Program-made: the position numbers and the translations under genes
Notes under the pieces: model-generated
Databases searched by the model: none
The model's input: the letters and a program-made list of their open reading frames with translations, nothing else
What the model was told of the DNA's origin: nothing
In this document: positions 45,748-56,283 of the stretch, piece by piece
How the letters are laid out: each line of letters starts with the position of its first letter
Numbering within the stretch: the stretch's first letter is position 1
Source: Terriglobia bacterium
GTDB lineage: Bacteria > Acidobacteriota > Terriglobia > 20CM-2-55-15
Length of the DNA: 64,000 bases
Assembly (NCBI GenBank): GCA_963664115.2
Contig: CAXWPJ010000002.1
Coordinates: 512,001-576,000, forward strand
Direction: 5' to 3'

Positions 45748-47640
45748 TCACGGTTCAATACTGCTTTCGGGAAGAGTTGCTGCGATTGCCATCGTGGCCC
45801 ATGCCGTCCCTGCCGATGAAATCCATTGGTGACGTCCAAACGGAAAACCGCTCTCGAAATAAGATTGAGTCGGAAACGAACGGCTCTCAACGAGCCAGGA
45901 TCCATCCTGATATTGGCTTTCTCGAAGGAATTGAACCCCACGGCGGTGCGTATCGCCGGTCACGGAGACAGCGGCCTCACGCAGAGCGAACAAAGAGAGT
46001 CCCGTTGCATATGCATCAGTTTCCAAGTCGGCGAGTTGCGACCAACCTCCATTGACTTCCTGCAGGGCAATAATGTCGTCGATCGCAAGGTCTATATCGT
46101 TTTGAGGGGCACCGCTCCAAACCAGCCCCAGCAGTCGCATAGCCCTTTCTTCAGCGGAATGGGCTGCGGCATCCATCAGCCAGCGCTTTGCCTGTTCGAG
46201 GCTTTCGGTGACTTCATTGTTCCGTCCTGCAATCGGATATAAAGAGAGGACACGGACTCCCATGGCCGTGTGGCTGATCGAGCTGTATTCCATTGGAGGT
46301 CGATTGATACCATTGCCAATCCAGCTGCCGTCAGGCATCTGCGTCGCTAAAGCATAGTGAGTGAACGAAGCTGTCATGTTATCCATCGGATACGCTTCCT
46401 CCGCAAGCGCCATCGCCACATAACCGACCGTCAAGGCGATCTGGCCAATGCGCTGTTGGCCCTGCATCATTTCGTCCGCTCCTAGTTTGTAGACCGCGAG
46501 AATGTCGTCTAGATTTTGGCGTACCAGCTCATCGTTCACGTCAATGCCCTTTCGACGGGCGACGGCAGCGGCCATGGCCGGCAGCGTGTTGTTGTGACAC
46601 GTAATGCATGCCCGACTCTCGAAAGCAGGCGGACTAGCTTCGAGCAATAATGAAACGCTCCGGCTTACCGATGTACGGGAATCTGAGACACTTCCGGCTT
46701 GCGGAGAGGGAAAAGTCTGTTGTCGCGGCCCACTGCCTCGAGTCGCACCGTATCTCTGCAGCACATCGATTCTGGCTTGGTCCGACCGATAAAATGCCCA
46801 GTCCAGTGGTCGTTCTCCTTCTGTGGTCTCGGCGTTCGGATCCGCTCCGTTCTCTAGCAACACTTCCAGGATTGCTGCTGTACCGGATTCGGAGGAGGCC
46901 CCTGAATGTAGTGGCGTCCGACCATAGGAACCCAGGCTCACATTGACGTCCGCGCCCATTTCAATCCATCGAGTGATCAGTGACGCATCTTGCCAGCGAG
47001 CGGCACCGTCCAAGATTGCCAGATCAGCAGTCTCCCGTAAGGACATTAGATACTCGATCGTCGGCAGGTGAAGCCGCCCATGCGCGATTGGTTCGTTCGG
47101 GTCCAAGCCTCTGTCGACCAGAAAACGGACAACTCCTACGTCAGCCTGCCTGATTGCGAGCCGCAACGCATTGGCACCGGACGCGTCCTCAGCATGGACA
47201 TCCGCGCCGTATGCGATGAGAAGTCCGAGCACGTCTACCGACTGAGGAAAGGTCGCGGCGACAAGTAACGGCGTTCGCCCGAGTGTTACCGACCTCGCGT
47301 TGACTTCCGCACCGTGTTCCAACAGGAGTCGGGCCTTGGCCGAATCAGGCATCGCCCAAATCAACGGCGGTGTTCCGGCAGCGTTACTTCGGTTCGGATT
47401 CGCCCCACCTTCCAGCAACACCTCAACGCATTCGACGTCCGCAAAAAGCGTCGCGAGCATCAGCGCGGGAACACCCTCTTCGTCGGTGATATTGGGATTT
47501 ACGCCGCGCTCGATTAGCTCGGCAACGGTCTCAGTGTCACCGCGCCGGATAGCTGGCAACAATGCGTCCTGCCCGCTATTGCTCTGGGCCGACACAGATA
47601 GCGCGAATAACGCGATCGGTGCGAGTCGAAAGAACTTCAT
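45748..47640 (-). CDS. Secreted ankyrin-repeat protein with CxxCH motif and prenyltransferase/squalene-cyclase-like repeats
   Basis: Signal peptide; GRTPL ankyrin repeats; CITCH; QW-type motifs QMPDGSW, QEVNGGW, QYQDGSW. Confidence 0.85.
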   Translation of the reverse strand: MKFFRLAPIALFALSVSAQSNSGQDALLPAIRRGDTETVAELIERGVNPNITDEEGVPALMLATLFADVECVEVLLEGGANPNRSNAAGTPPLIWAMPDSAKARLLLEHGAEVNARSVTLGRTPLLVAATFPQSVDVLGLLIAYGADVHAEDASGANALRLAIRQADVGVVRFLVDRGLDPNEPIAHGRLHLPTIEYLMSLRETADLAILDGAARWQDASLITRWIEMGADVNVSLGSYGRTPLHSGASSESGTAAILEVLLENGADPNAETTEGERPLDWAFYRSDQARIDVLQRYGATRGSGPRQQTFPSPQAGSVSDSRTSVSRSVSLLLEASPPAFESRACITCHNNTLPAMAAAVARRKGIDVNDELVRQNLDDILAVYKLGADEMMQGQQRIGQIALTVGYVAMALAEEAYPMDNMTASFTHYALATQMPDGSWIGNGINRPPMEYSSISHTAMGVRVLSLYPIAGRNNEVTESLEQAKRWLMDAAAHSAEERAMRLLGLVWSGAPQNDIDLAIDDIIALQEVNGGWSQLADLETDAYATGLSLFALREAAVSVTGDTHRRGVQFLRESQYQDGSWLVESRSFPTQSYFESGFPFGRHQWISSAGTAWATMAIAATLPESSIEP

Positions 47641-47938
47641 CGTTCCACCATATTTTCCGATCTCCAGCCAAGTTTCGACAATACTTCTCCCATCGCACCC
47701 TTACCGATTGGTGTGCCGATCTCGTAGTGGTCGAGTTTGGCGCCGGGTTCCATAGTTGCGGTCTGTCAGAACAGTGTTTAGAAGGCTGGGGGCAGTCTAT
47801 AGAAGGAGTGGGATACGGGGCAACGAATTCTCGACTTCCAGCAAGATGAATTGTCAGGACTTGCGAATGGATTGCAGGGCTATATAGATTAGAACTTTGT
47901 CTATGGCGCCGGCACTCGTTCCTTGAGTGTTTACAGTT

Positions 47939-48247
47939 TCAAACTTCGATCTCGATATCCTGCTCCGCAACACGGACGTTGTAGCAACGAACCGGCGTGA
48001 ATGCCACACGCGACAGGGCTTCACCGGTTGTGATATCAAACTTAGCGCCGTGCCATGAGCAAGTGACCGCCTTCCCTGCAACACGACCGCCCGACAGCGG
48101 GGCGCCCTGATGCGTGCACGAGTCGCCGATCGCATAGTAAGCTCCATCCACATTGAAAACGGCAACCTGCTTGCCACTCACATAAACCGTTTTCCCTTGC
48201 CCGTCGGGAATGTCCTCTTTCTTCGCCGCTTTTACAAACTTTCCCAT
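47939..48247 (-). CDS. Rieske [2Fe-2S] ferredoxin
   Basis: CTHQGAPL and CSWHGAKF. Confidence 0.93.
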   Translation of the reverse strand: MGKFVKAAKKEDIPDGQGKTVYVSGKQVAVFNVDGAYYAIGDSCTHQGAPLSGGRVAGKAVTCSWHGAKFDITTGEALSRVAFTPVRCYNVRVAEQDIEIEV

Positions 48248-48771
48248 CCGCAATCTCCTTCACCCTCGACTGAAAACATCATACTTAAACTTTCAAAGAA
48301 TTGTTTGACCTCCAGGCGACATCAAAGGTCTTCGTACACCTCGTTTTTTTCCGAAAAACCAGACGTTGCCAGACTCATTTGCTACGTTAGCCGCGGGCTC
48401 TCATCTTGTTTGCACAAAACAGGAAACGGGCTAAGAGAATTGGCTTTCGAGGAACGCTCGTCCCTTGTCTGTAAGCTGAAACACCCCGGCGTCATCGTCC
48501 ACAATGGTAGTTCACGACGATGCCCCATTCGGCAGGCAGTTCCTCGACATCTGGGAGACTGACACTAAATCTATAGTAGAGTCATGCTGCATGACCGATG
48601 ATCTCGCCCCGACAGCGGCGCCAGTGATAGCTGGATCGGGTGAACATCATGCCGCACATCTGGCGGTCATGGTCCCAAGTTGACAGTTCCGTTGAGAATG
48701 CTTTTAATTCGCCTATCCCTGGGTGGAAGCTGGCATTGCCGGTTGGAGATATCCTGTATGGAGGTCTTAAA

Positions 48772-49203
48772 GTGAGGAAACGAACTTGGACCGTTCTCTC
48801 TATGATTGCGGCTCTGGGTATAATTTCGATCCCTGTTCTCGGTCATCACGGAACCAACGTCTCTTACGACCACGAAAATCCTCTTACCTTCGAGGGCGTC
48901 GTAACGGAGTTCCGGTTCACGAATCCCCACGCGCAACTCTTATTCGACGTGACGGACGAACGGGGCGACTTGGTTCATTGGGCCACCGAGCTGACGAATC
49001 CTTCCAACCTGGCCAGAAACGGCTGGGGCCGGAGACGATCGATGGAGGCCTTGAAACCGGGGACTCCGATCACCGTTATTCTGTTCCCATCTAAGGCCGG
49101 TACGACCGTCGGAGTGGCCTCTAGGATTCTGAACGAGAATGGTGAGCAGGTCTTGATCGAGAGAAGACAGCAGCTCCCGGAAAGACTCCCGGAGAACCAA
49201 TAG
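48772..49203 (+). CDS. DUF6152-like secreted protein
   Basis: Signal peptide then HHG...YD...EGVVTEFRFTNPH...W-x-x-E...LKPG. Confidence 0.85.
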   Translation: MRKRTWTVLSMIAALGIISIPVLGHHGTNVSYDHENPLTFEGVVTEFRFTNPHAQLLFDVTDERGDLVHWATELTNPSNLARNGWGRRRSMEALKPGTPITVILFPSKAGTTVGVASRILNENGEQVLIERRQQLPERLPENQ

Positions 49204-49391
49204 CGGACAGCGTTCGATCCCCTGCAAGGCCGGAAGGACCGAGTCGTCGCCGGGCTCAGCGACACCGTGGTCAGGCCGGACCACCAACGAGAACGGTACT
49301 TTCCAGACTTGGGAGCAGCGCTTGTCTGCGATGATACTGCCGGGAGGGGCGAGTCTGTGCCACAGTTACCAAAAGTCTCAGGAGGGTTAAG

Positions 49392-50258
49392 ATGCGCAAT
49401 TCGCCCGTGATCTGGGCCATCGCTGTCGTGGCTATTCTGATGTGTTCGCCGGAAACGTTCGCCCGGCAATCTGACCCCCACGACCTGTCGGGAATCTGGA
49501 GTCGCAACGCGCAGTACTGGGGCGGGGGCGGGGTGTGCCCGGGGTGCGGCGACCGCGGCTTTGGAAACGAGGTGCCGCAAATGACTCCCGATGGAGAGGC
49601 TCGCTTCAACCTCAACAAGCCCTCGTACGGGCGTTATCTGGGAAGTGATGAAGCGATTATTTACGCCGAAGAAGAGCACATCGGCCGCCGCAGGGCCGTC
49701 CCCCCCGGTGTGGGCAACGATCCCGCGGGGTTCTGCAATCCCTACGGTTTGACCCGGGCGCTGCTATCTCCGAATCCTGTCGAGATGGTGCAGACTTCGG
49801 ACCGGATATTCCAGTTCTTTGCATGGACACGTCAGTGGCGTGAAATCTGGCTGGATGGAAGAGATCTTCCCTCCCAGCCCGACCTCCCGCGCTGGTACGG
49901 GTACTCGGTCGGCCGATGGGAAGGAGACACGCTGATCGTCGACACGGTCGGTTTCGACCCGAGAAGCTGGGTCGATCATTTCGGTTATCCCCACAGCGAT
50001 CAGATGAAGCTCCAGGAGCGCTACCGGCGCGTGGAGCCGGAGACCCTGGAGCTGACCATGACACTCACCGACCCGCTGACGTACGAGGCACCGTGGGAGA
50101 GCGAGCGGAAGATCTTCAGGTTGGCGCCAAGGGACGTCATGACATACGACGGGTGGTACGGAATTCTGGAAGAACCCTGCGCTCCGGTGGATGAAGTGGA
50201 TTCCTTCAACAGCACGATTCGGAATCCTGCAGCCGGTGTCGGGGGGGTGGCCCGGTAG
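49392..50258 (+). CDS. Conserved secreted hypothetical protein (usual DUF6152 neighbour)
   Basis: Signal peptide; DLSGIW, DP...CNPYG, REIWLDGR, GYSVGRWEGDTLIVDT, PHSDQMKLQERY. Confidence 0.85.
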   Translation: MRNSPVIWAIAVVAILMCSPETFARQSDPHDLSGIWSRNAQYWGGGGVCPGCGDRGFGNEVPQMTPDGEARFNLNKPSYGRYLGSDEAIIYAEEEHIGRRRAVPPGVGNDPAGFCNPYGLTRALLSPNPVEMVQTSDRIFQFFAWTRQWREIWLDGRDLPSQPDLPRWYGYSVGRWEGDTLIVDTVGFDPRSWVDHFGYPHSDQMKLQERYRRVEPETLELTMTLTDPLTYEAPWESERKIFRLAPRDVMTYDGWYGILEEPCAPVDEVDSFNSTIRNPAAGVGGVAR

Positions 50259-50376
50259 CTGCGGCATCACCCATTCCTATGCTCGATGTAATTCGAACGA
50301 CCCTGTGGTTTTTCCACTTTACCTTGTAGGAACTTCGAATTTCAGACCTGGAATTTACGGCCCTAAAGCCGACCCG

Positions 50377-50805
50377 CTACACCTTCGCCTCGTCTCCTCG
50401 AAAGTGCCGCTTTGCCAGGAAGCACCCCAGGAATGCGGGTATGGCCATCATCTGGTGGTTGATCTCGGCGCCCCGACTCGGTGCGCCCAGTTCCTGCATG
50501 AATGGCGTGCCGACCCAGAACGGCCCATAGAATCCGATCATGAGTATGAGCACGACCCACCAGCTAACCGGGGTTCGGACACTTTGCGCTGCGAACAAGA
50601 TCAACAGGATGGCAACCATTGCGCCCAAATCGCCGCCCAGCTCCCTAAAGAAATGGTGATAGCTGTGCGTCTGGATTCCCGCGACGAGCAGGTGCCGTTC
50701 ACTACCAATGTGCCCAGCCGTTGCACTTAAGCTGCCCCAGCCGAGCAAAAAACCAAGGATCACCAGAGCGCGGGCAGTCCAAATATTCGTCAAGAAGCTT
50801 TTCAT
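50377..50805 (-). CDS. Hypothetical 4-TM membrane protein
   Basis: GAGGGGG RBS; four hydrophobic segments; His cluster HSYHHFFRE. Confidence 0.75.
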   Translation of the reverse strand: MKSFLTNIWTARALVILGFLLGWGSLSATAGHIGSERHLLVAGIQTHSYHHFFRELGGDLGAMVAILLILFAAQSVRTPVSWWVVLILMIGFYGPFWVGTPFMQELGAPSRGAEINHQMMAIPAFLGCFLAKRHFRGDEAKV

Positions 50806-51191
50806 CGTTTCCCCCTCTTGATTTTAGTCACATGCATTCTAGATCAATCCCGGGATTCAAGGGAGTCGTTCCTCGTCATACCTACCCTTTCCTCCGCTGG
50901 GGACCAGGCTATGGGGAAACGAACACGCCGGGGTCCCAAGTTGCTGATACTGCACGGTGTGCTCCTCGGGTACGCACTATGGGCGGAAACGGAAGAGGGC
51001 TCTTACCATGGGAGATGGGGGTAAATCGGAACGGGAAGGGACGCAGTTTCGGGGCTCATCGACGTGGGGTTGGTTACGTCCCACGCGAGTCTTAGAGTCA
51101 TAGCCTCCTGCCTGTGAAATCACCTAAAGCCCGACACTTTCCTGGTCGATACACAAAGGGAGTGAACCTTTCGAAAACAGCGGGGTGATCA

Positions 51192-51413
51192 ATGAAAGAT
51201 TACTGCAGCTGCGGATCTCACAATCCCGATCAGACTACACTGAATGGCGGAATGATCATCTGCCCGGACTGCGAAAAGCCAATCTGTTGTAACGCCGTTC
51301 TTCTGGGTCTGACCCCGGAACCGCCCCACAGCGCGGAGATCGGAGATGGAGCGCATCTCATTTGCTGGCGACATTGGGACATTGTTGCACCACCCAACCG
51401 GCATGCGGTTTGA
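51192..51413 (+). CDS. Small Cys/His-rich hypothetical protein
   Basis: 73 aa with CSCG, CPDC, CC, CWRH; GGGGTG RBS-like sequence. Confidence 0.5.
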   Translation: MKDYCSCGSHNPDQTTLNGGMIICPDCEKPICCNAVLLGLTPEPPHSAEIGDGAHLICWRHWDIVAPPNRHAV

Positions 51414-51736
51414 ATCCTCATAACCCACTCCAAGGGACTCGAACTCTTTCCTGATTCCTCGCCCACATTCAGCCTGTCCGCTTTTCCTTTTCTGAAGTCA
51501 AACCTGGGCATATAATCCCGGAGGGCGCGCTCCACTTTCTTCAAGAATTAGCGCTCCCGTGCTCGGCTGACCCTCTCGAAGATGGCCTTTCGGCGGGTTG
51601 GCCGGGCCCCTCTTATTATTCCCCATTGTCAAAGAGACGTGTCACGGACTCCCGATCAAAAAAACGCTGCGTCACTTTCGGAGATCGGGTATCTCCGAGG
51701 TATGGGAGATATCAGGATCCATGTCTCTCGAATCGC

Positions 51737-51935
51737 TTATCCTGCCGTTCGTAAACCGATCAGTTCGCCATATGCCAGGACGTGACCCTCGATCCCGGCG
51801 AGGACATCGGCTCGGGTGTTCGATTCAGGGCTGATTGCATCGACGTCCAGGGCATAATCGCGGAACTGGTACTGATGCCGGCCCAGTGGTGGACAGGGCG
51901 GAAGGCCATGGTATCCTCGTCAGAATCACTCATTA
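51737..51935 (-). pseudogene. YbhB/YbcL (PEBP, Raf kinase inhibitor-like) 3' remnant
   Basis: GYHGLPPCPPLGRHQYQFRDYALDVD...IEGHVLAYGELIG with in-frame stops immediately upstream; absent from the ORF track. Confidence 0.75.
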
Positions 51936-51984
51936 ACGACCGGTAAGCGCTGAATAAATTCAGCCTTCACTTCGAGTAAAGAAA

Positions 51985-52698
51985 ATGAAAAAACAACTCT
52001 TCGTAGCCATCATTCTTGCGGGCGTCGTCCTCACTGGCAACGCAAGTGCCGAAGTCATCGAAAAGGAAGGGACTTTTGGAGGAATGCGAGTCGACTACAT
52101 CGTCGTCCTTCCAGATGGATTCGATCCTTCAAACGAATATCCTGCCGTACTCGCCTTCGCAGGCGGCGGGCAGACGATGAGGACAACGCGGAACGCGGTG
52201 GGGAACCATTGGGCCGGGGAAGCCGAGAAGCAGGGCTACATCGTCGTCAGTCCCGCTGCTCCGATGGGACAGTTGTTTTTCCGGGCGGGCGCTTTGATCG
52301 TCCCCGCTCTTCTGGACGAGATCCTTCGGGACTACAAGGTGGAAGGAAGTAAGTTCCACATCGCCGGCCGCTCTAACGGAGGACTGAGCGCCTTTCACGT
52401 CGCCGCATCCTATCCACAGTACTTTCGCTCTCTGACAGGCTTCCCGGGCTTCCTGCGGGATGCAAACCGGGAGCGGGTGGGGGCCCTCACCGGACTGTGC
52501 ATTTACCTGCATGTCGGAGAGTTTGACGACGGCTGGAGGCAGGCAATGATGGGACAGGCTGAAATGCTGCGTGACCAGGGCTTCCGGGTCCAGTTTGCAG
52601 TGGAGGACGGCATGGGACACGCGCTCGACAGCCTGGCGGGGGACGGATCGAAACGATTGTTTGAACACTTCGCAGACTCCGCCGCAAACTGCGAGTAA
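51985..52698 (+). CDS. Secreted alpha/beta-fold esterase-like protein
   Basis: Signal peptide; GRSNGG nucleophile elbow; VGEFD; GMGH. Confidence 0.82.
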   Translation: MKKQLFVAIILAGVVLTGNASAEVIEKEGTFGGMRVDYIVVLPDGFDPSNEYPAVLAFAGGGQTMRTTRNAVGNHWAGEAEKQGYIVVSPAAPMGQLFFRAGALIVPALLDEILRDYKVEGSKFHIAGRSNGGLSAFHVAASYPQYFRSLTGFPGFLRDANRERVGALTGLCIYLHVGEFDDGWRQAMMGQAEMLRDQGFRVQFAVEDGMGHALDSLAGDGSKRLFEHFADSAANCE

Positions 52699-53616
52699 TC
52701 AGGCGTCGCCGCCGGGGGATCCCTCGGCCTCGATAAAAATCCGCTTCACTTCAGGATAGGCACCCTTGATTTGCCGTTCAAGGCTGCGTACGGTCTCCTC
52801 GATATCAGTGGCCGTGACCTGACCTGCGAACTTAACACCGAGATTCAGAAGGATGAAATCCGGCCCCATGTGCAAGGTCAAAACTTCGTTTATGTGGAGC
52901 ACGTCAGGCGAGGCATTCACAAGTTGGCGGATTCCCGAGATGACCGGCCCGTTCGCAGACTCGCCGATCAGCAGGCCTTTGGTTTCGTAGGCCAGCCAGA
53001 TCGCAGTGCCCCCCAGAATGACCCCGATCAGGATGGACGCCACGCCGTCGAACACAGCCATTCCGGTCGCCTGGGTCAGGGCCACGCCGGCGAATGCGAC
53101 ACACAGTCCCAACATCGCCGCGGAGTCTTCAAAGAGAACGACGAACAATGTGGGATCCTTGCCTCGCTGAATCGCTTCGACATAACTCCACTTGCCCTTG
53201 GTCTTCGTAAATTCAACCCAGGCGAAGTACCAGGCCCCACCCTCAAATATCATCGCCAGGCCCAGCACGACATAGTTAACGGTAGGATTTTCGATTTCTG
53301 TGGGCCGAACGACAGCGGCAACACCCCCATAGATAGAAACGCCGGCTCCGACGCCAAAGATCATAATCGCAACAATGAAACTCCAAAAATAAACTTCCTT
53401 TCCGTACCCGAAAGGAAACTGTGGGTCTGGGGGTCTCTCCGCGCGCTTCAAACCGTAGAGGAGCAGGATCTGGTTGCCGGTATCGACGAGAGAATGGATG
53501 CCCTCCGACAGCATTGCGGAACTACCCGTCAGAAAGGACGCGGCGAACTTAGTCACAGCGATCAGCGCATTGCCGGCGAGGGCAGCGAAGATAACTTTCT
53601 TTGAGGATCCAGCCAT
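52699..53616 (-). CDS. Cation diffusion facilitator transporter
   Basis: SSAMLSEGIHSLVDTGNQ, FPFGYGKE, FEDSAA, LLIGESA. Confidence 0.93.
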   Translation of the reverse strand: MAGSSKKVIFAALAGNALIAVTKFAASFLTGSSAMLSEGIHSLVDTGNQILLLYGLKRAERPPDPQFPFGYGKEVYFWSFIVAIMIFGVGAGVSIYGGVAAVVRPTEIENPTVNYVVLGLAMIFEGGAWYFAWVEFTKTKGKWSYVEAIQRGKDPTLFVVLFEDSAAMLGLCVAFAGVALTQATGMAVFDGVASILIGVILGGTAIWLAYETKGLLIGESANGPVISGIRQLVNASPDVLHINEVLTLHMGPDFILLNLGVKFAGQVTATDIEETVRSLERQIKGAYPEVKRIFIEAEGSPGGDA

Positions 53617-53636
53617 GGATTACCGCGAACCAGCCA

Positions 53637-54599
53637 CTACCGTGAGGGCGTAAACCGGTTGACCTCTATGGTGTCGCCTATTTCGATACGCATCAGATCT
53701 TCACCCAACTCAAGGGCTCCGTCGTAGTTGATCCGTGTGGAGGCCACGAGGTCATCGAGAGAGGGTGCCGGGATCTCAGAATCGCCACGCAGGGTGAGGT
53801 GGGAATACACGGCGAGTCTGGGGTTTACGCGATCGAAAACTATTCCGGCAGCCTCGGGAGTGGTGTGATGCGCGATGATCAGTCGTTCTCCTTCCGACCT
53901 GGCTAGAAGCGCGTCACTCGCTGCTGCGACCTCATGAATGATCACGTCGGTACCTTCAGCGTATCGGATAAGGTTCTCGCTGAACCGCGTATCGCCGGAG
54001 ATGACGACAGACCGTCCGAGATAATCCACCCGATAGCCCATCGCAGGCTTTATCAAATCACCATGGTCGACATCGAACGCAGTCACCCGCACCCCGTTTC
54101 GCTCAAACACAACACCCTCGGTGACATCTTTGGCGACAATCGCCACGCCTTCGGGAAGATAGTTCTGATCCGCAACCCGGATCCGGATATCGGCTTCATA
54201 CGCCTGCTCCAGACCAGCCATCATGGCTTCGGTCCCACCCGGTCCCCAGATCTGGAACGGCGTCATGCGGCCACCGAAGCCGGGAGAAAGCCAGCCGGTC
54301 AGCCAGAGATCCGGAATACCCACGGTGTGATCGGAATGAAAGTGAGTGAGGAAGACGCCGGTCACTGCTCGTAGCGGCATCCCGAGCTGAAACAAACGCT
54401 GCGTCACTCCTCGCCCGACGTCAAAGATCAATTTTTCGTCCCCCGCTTCGACCAAAGTACTCGGACCGAAGCGGTCCATCAGAGGCGGTGGCGCGCCGGT
54501 ACCCAGAAGCGTCACGGTGAGCTCCTGCCCATAAACGGCCTGCTGAGCTACGAGCAGGAAACACAAGGTAAAGACGCTCCGTAACATTATTAAGGTCAT
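53637..54599 (-). CDS. Secreted MBL-fold hydrolase (RNase Z/arylsulfatase-like)
   Basis: LLGTG, THFHSDH, SGDT, IIHE, HHT; AGGAGA RBS before ATG 54599. Confidence 0.9.
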   Translation of the reverse strand: MTLIMLRSVFTLCFLLVAQQAVYGQELTVTLLGTGAPPPLMDRFGPSTLVEAGDEKLIFDVGRGVTQRLFQLGMPLRAVTGVFLTHFHSDHTVGIPDLWLTGWLSPGFGGRMTPFQIWGPGGTEAMMAGLEQAYEADIRIRVADQNYLPEGVAIVAKDVTEGVVFERNGVRVTAFDVDHGDLIKPAMGYRVDYLGRSVVISGDTRFSENLIRYAEGTDVIIHEVAAASDALLARSEGERLIIAHHTTPEAAGIVFDRVNPRLAVYSHLTLRGDSEIPAPSLDDLVASTRINYDGALELGEDLMRIEIGDTIEVNRFTPSR

Positions 54600-54716
54600 T
54601 GGGACATATCTCCTGGTCCGGGTGCTCGGGAACTTCCCGCACAACGGGATCATCCTGGATCTCATGAAAACTGCCGTGGACCTGTCCAATTGTTCTCTTG
54701 CTCACGCCAAGCGGTC

Positions 54717-55886
54717 CTATCCAACCCAACGAACAGATATCTTGCGGATCCTCTCAATGGCTTCCAGTATGTTATCGAGCGAGTTCGCATAACTGAATCG
54801 AAGGTAACCGGCACCGTGTTCACCAAAACCATCGCCACTGAGACAGGCCACACCGGCTTCATTCAGGATCATGTCGGCCAATTCTTTTGAAGCGATACCG
54901 GTTGCGGTGACGTTCGGAAACGCGTAAAAAGCTCCAGCAGGGGGCAGACACGTGAATCCCGGAATTGACGCGAGGCCCCGAACGATGGCGTCACGCCGCC
55001 GCTGAAACTCCGCGACCATTTCGTTCACACAATCCTGGGGGCCTTCGAGTGCGGCCAGACCGGCCCGCTGAGTGAAACTGGCCGTGCACGAATTGGAATT
55101 AACCATTAACTTCGCCACAGCCTCGGCCAACCAGACCGGCATGACGCCATAACCGAGACGCCAACCCGTCATCGAATAGCTCTTCGAAAAGCCATCGAGA
55201 ACAATCGTCTTTTCCAACATCCCGTCGCAGCCAGCTATCGACGCGGGATTGGAATCGTACGCGATTCGAGAGTAAATTTCGTCGCTCAGGATCATGACAT
55301 CCCTTTCGCGGCAAAGGTCTGCGATCAGCCTCAGATCTTCCCTGGGCATCACACCGCCAGTCGGATTGCCGGGGGAGTTCAAGATTAACATCTTCGTCTT
55401 CTCGGACAAGCGGTCGGCAAGGACGTCGAGATCGAATGAGAAGCCGCGGCTCTCAAGCAACGGTATGGGGATAGGCGTCGCCCCAAGAAAACGGATCATA
55501 GATTCGTAAATGGGGAACCCCGGATCCGGATATATCACTGCATCACCCTGTTCAAGGAGCGCAATCATCGTGAAAAACAGGACGGGCTTTCCTCCCGGAA
55601 CCACACAAACGTTTTCTGCGTCGACGGTGACACCACGCGTACGCGAAACGTACGCCGCGATGCTTTCGCGGAACTGGGGAAATCCCGGCGGCGGCCCGTA
55701 CTTGGTCACACCGTCATCCAGCGCTTTCTTGCCCGCTTCCACAATATGAGCCGGCGTTGGAAAGTCGGGCTCGCCTATTTCCAGGTGGATCACACTCCGT
55801 CCCTGCGCTTCGAGAGCCCGCGCCTTCGCCAGGACTTCGAATGCAGATTCGATCTGCATTAAGGACATTTTTTCGGCAAGTTTCAC
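54717..55886 (-). CDS. Class I/II PLP aminotransferase (aspartate aminotransferase-like)
   Basis: IGEPDF, NSPGNPTG, SDEIY, GFSKSYSMTGWRLGY, GAFY. Confidence 0.95.
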   Translation of the reverse strand: MKLAEKMSLMQIESAFEVLAKARALEAQGRSVIHLEIGEPDFPTPAHIVEAGKKALDDGVTKYGPPPGFPQFRESIAAYVSRTRGVTVDAENVCVVPGGKPVLFFTMIALLEQGDAVIYPDPGFPIYESMIRFLGATPIPIPLLESRGFSFDLDVLADRLSEKTKMLILNSPGNPTGGVMPREDLRLIADLCRERDVMILSDEIYSRIAYDSNPASIAGCDGMLEKTIVLDGFSKSYSMTGWRLGYGVMPVWLAEAVAKLMVNSNSCTASFTQRAGLAALEGPQDCVNEMVAEFQRRRDAIVRGLASIPGFTCLPPAGAFYAFPNVTATGIASKELADMILNEAGVACLSGDGFGEHGAGYLRFSYANSLDNILEAIERIRKISVRWVG

Positions 55887-56283
55887 GGCTGCTATTGTTC
55901 GAGTTCCTTCTGATTCATGGGGTCGGGACTATTGATCCATAACGACGAATCGTACTGTCGCCGTGGCTGCGCGATGTCAGGACGAAGGTTCCTGTCGAAC
56001 GGCTTCATTGTTATCACAACGGACCTCGGTTCGAAAGTCAGCTCGTAAACAATGTCCTTTTTCCTATGATAGGGTGTCGTTCAGGAGCGAAAGGATAAGG
56101 AGCCCACCTCGTGCAATGCCCACGCTGCGAGTCCGAGAGCATCAGGCGCTCCCGCCGCAATCTGATGGAGCGGGTCCTGTTGTTTTTTCTGCTTCCCTAC
56201 CGTTGTCGAAGCTGTGAAACTCGATTCTATCGACTGCGTTTTTTCACCCGCTGATCCCGAACCGAGGCAGGAGATTTCCCGGA

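Noticed and set aside
51015-51115. Possible c-di-GMP-I riboswitch (GGGACGCA plus hairpin CGTGGG/CCCACG)
   Set aside because: The GCAAA and GNRA/receptor elements of the consensus are missing.
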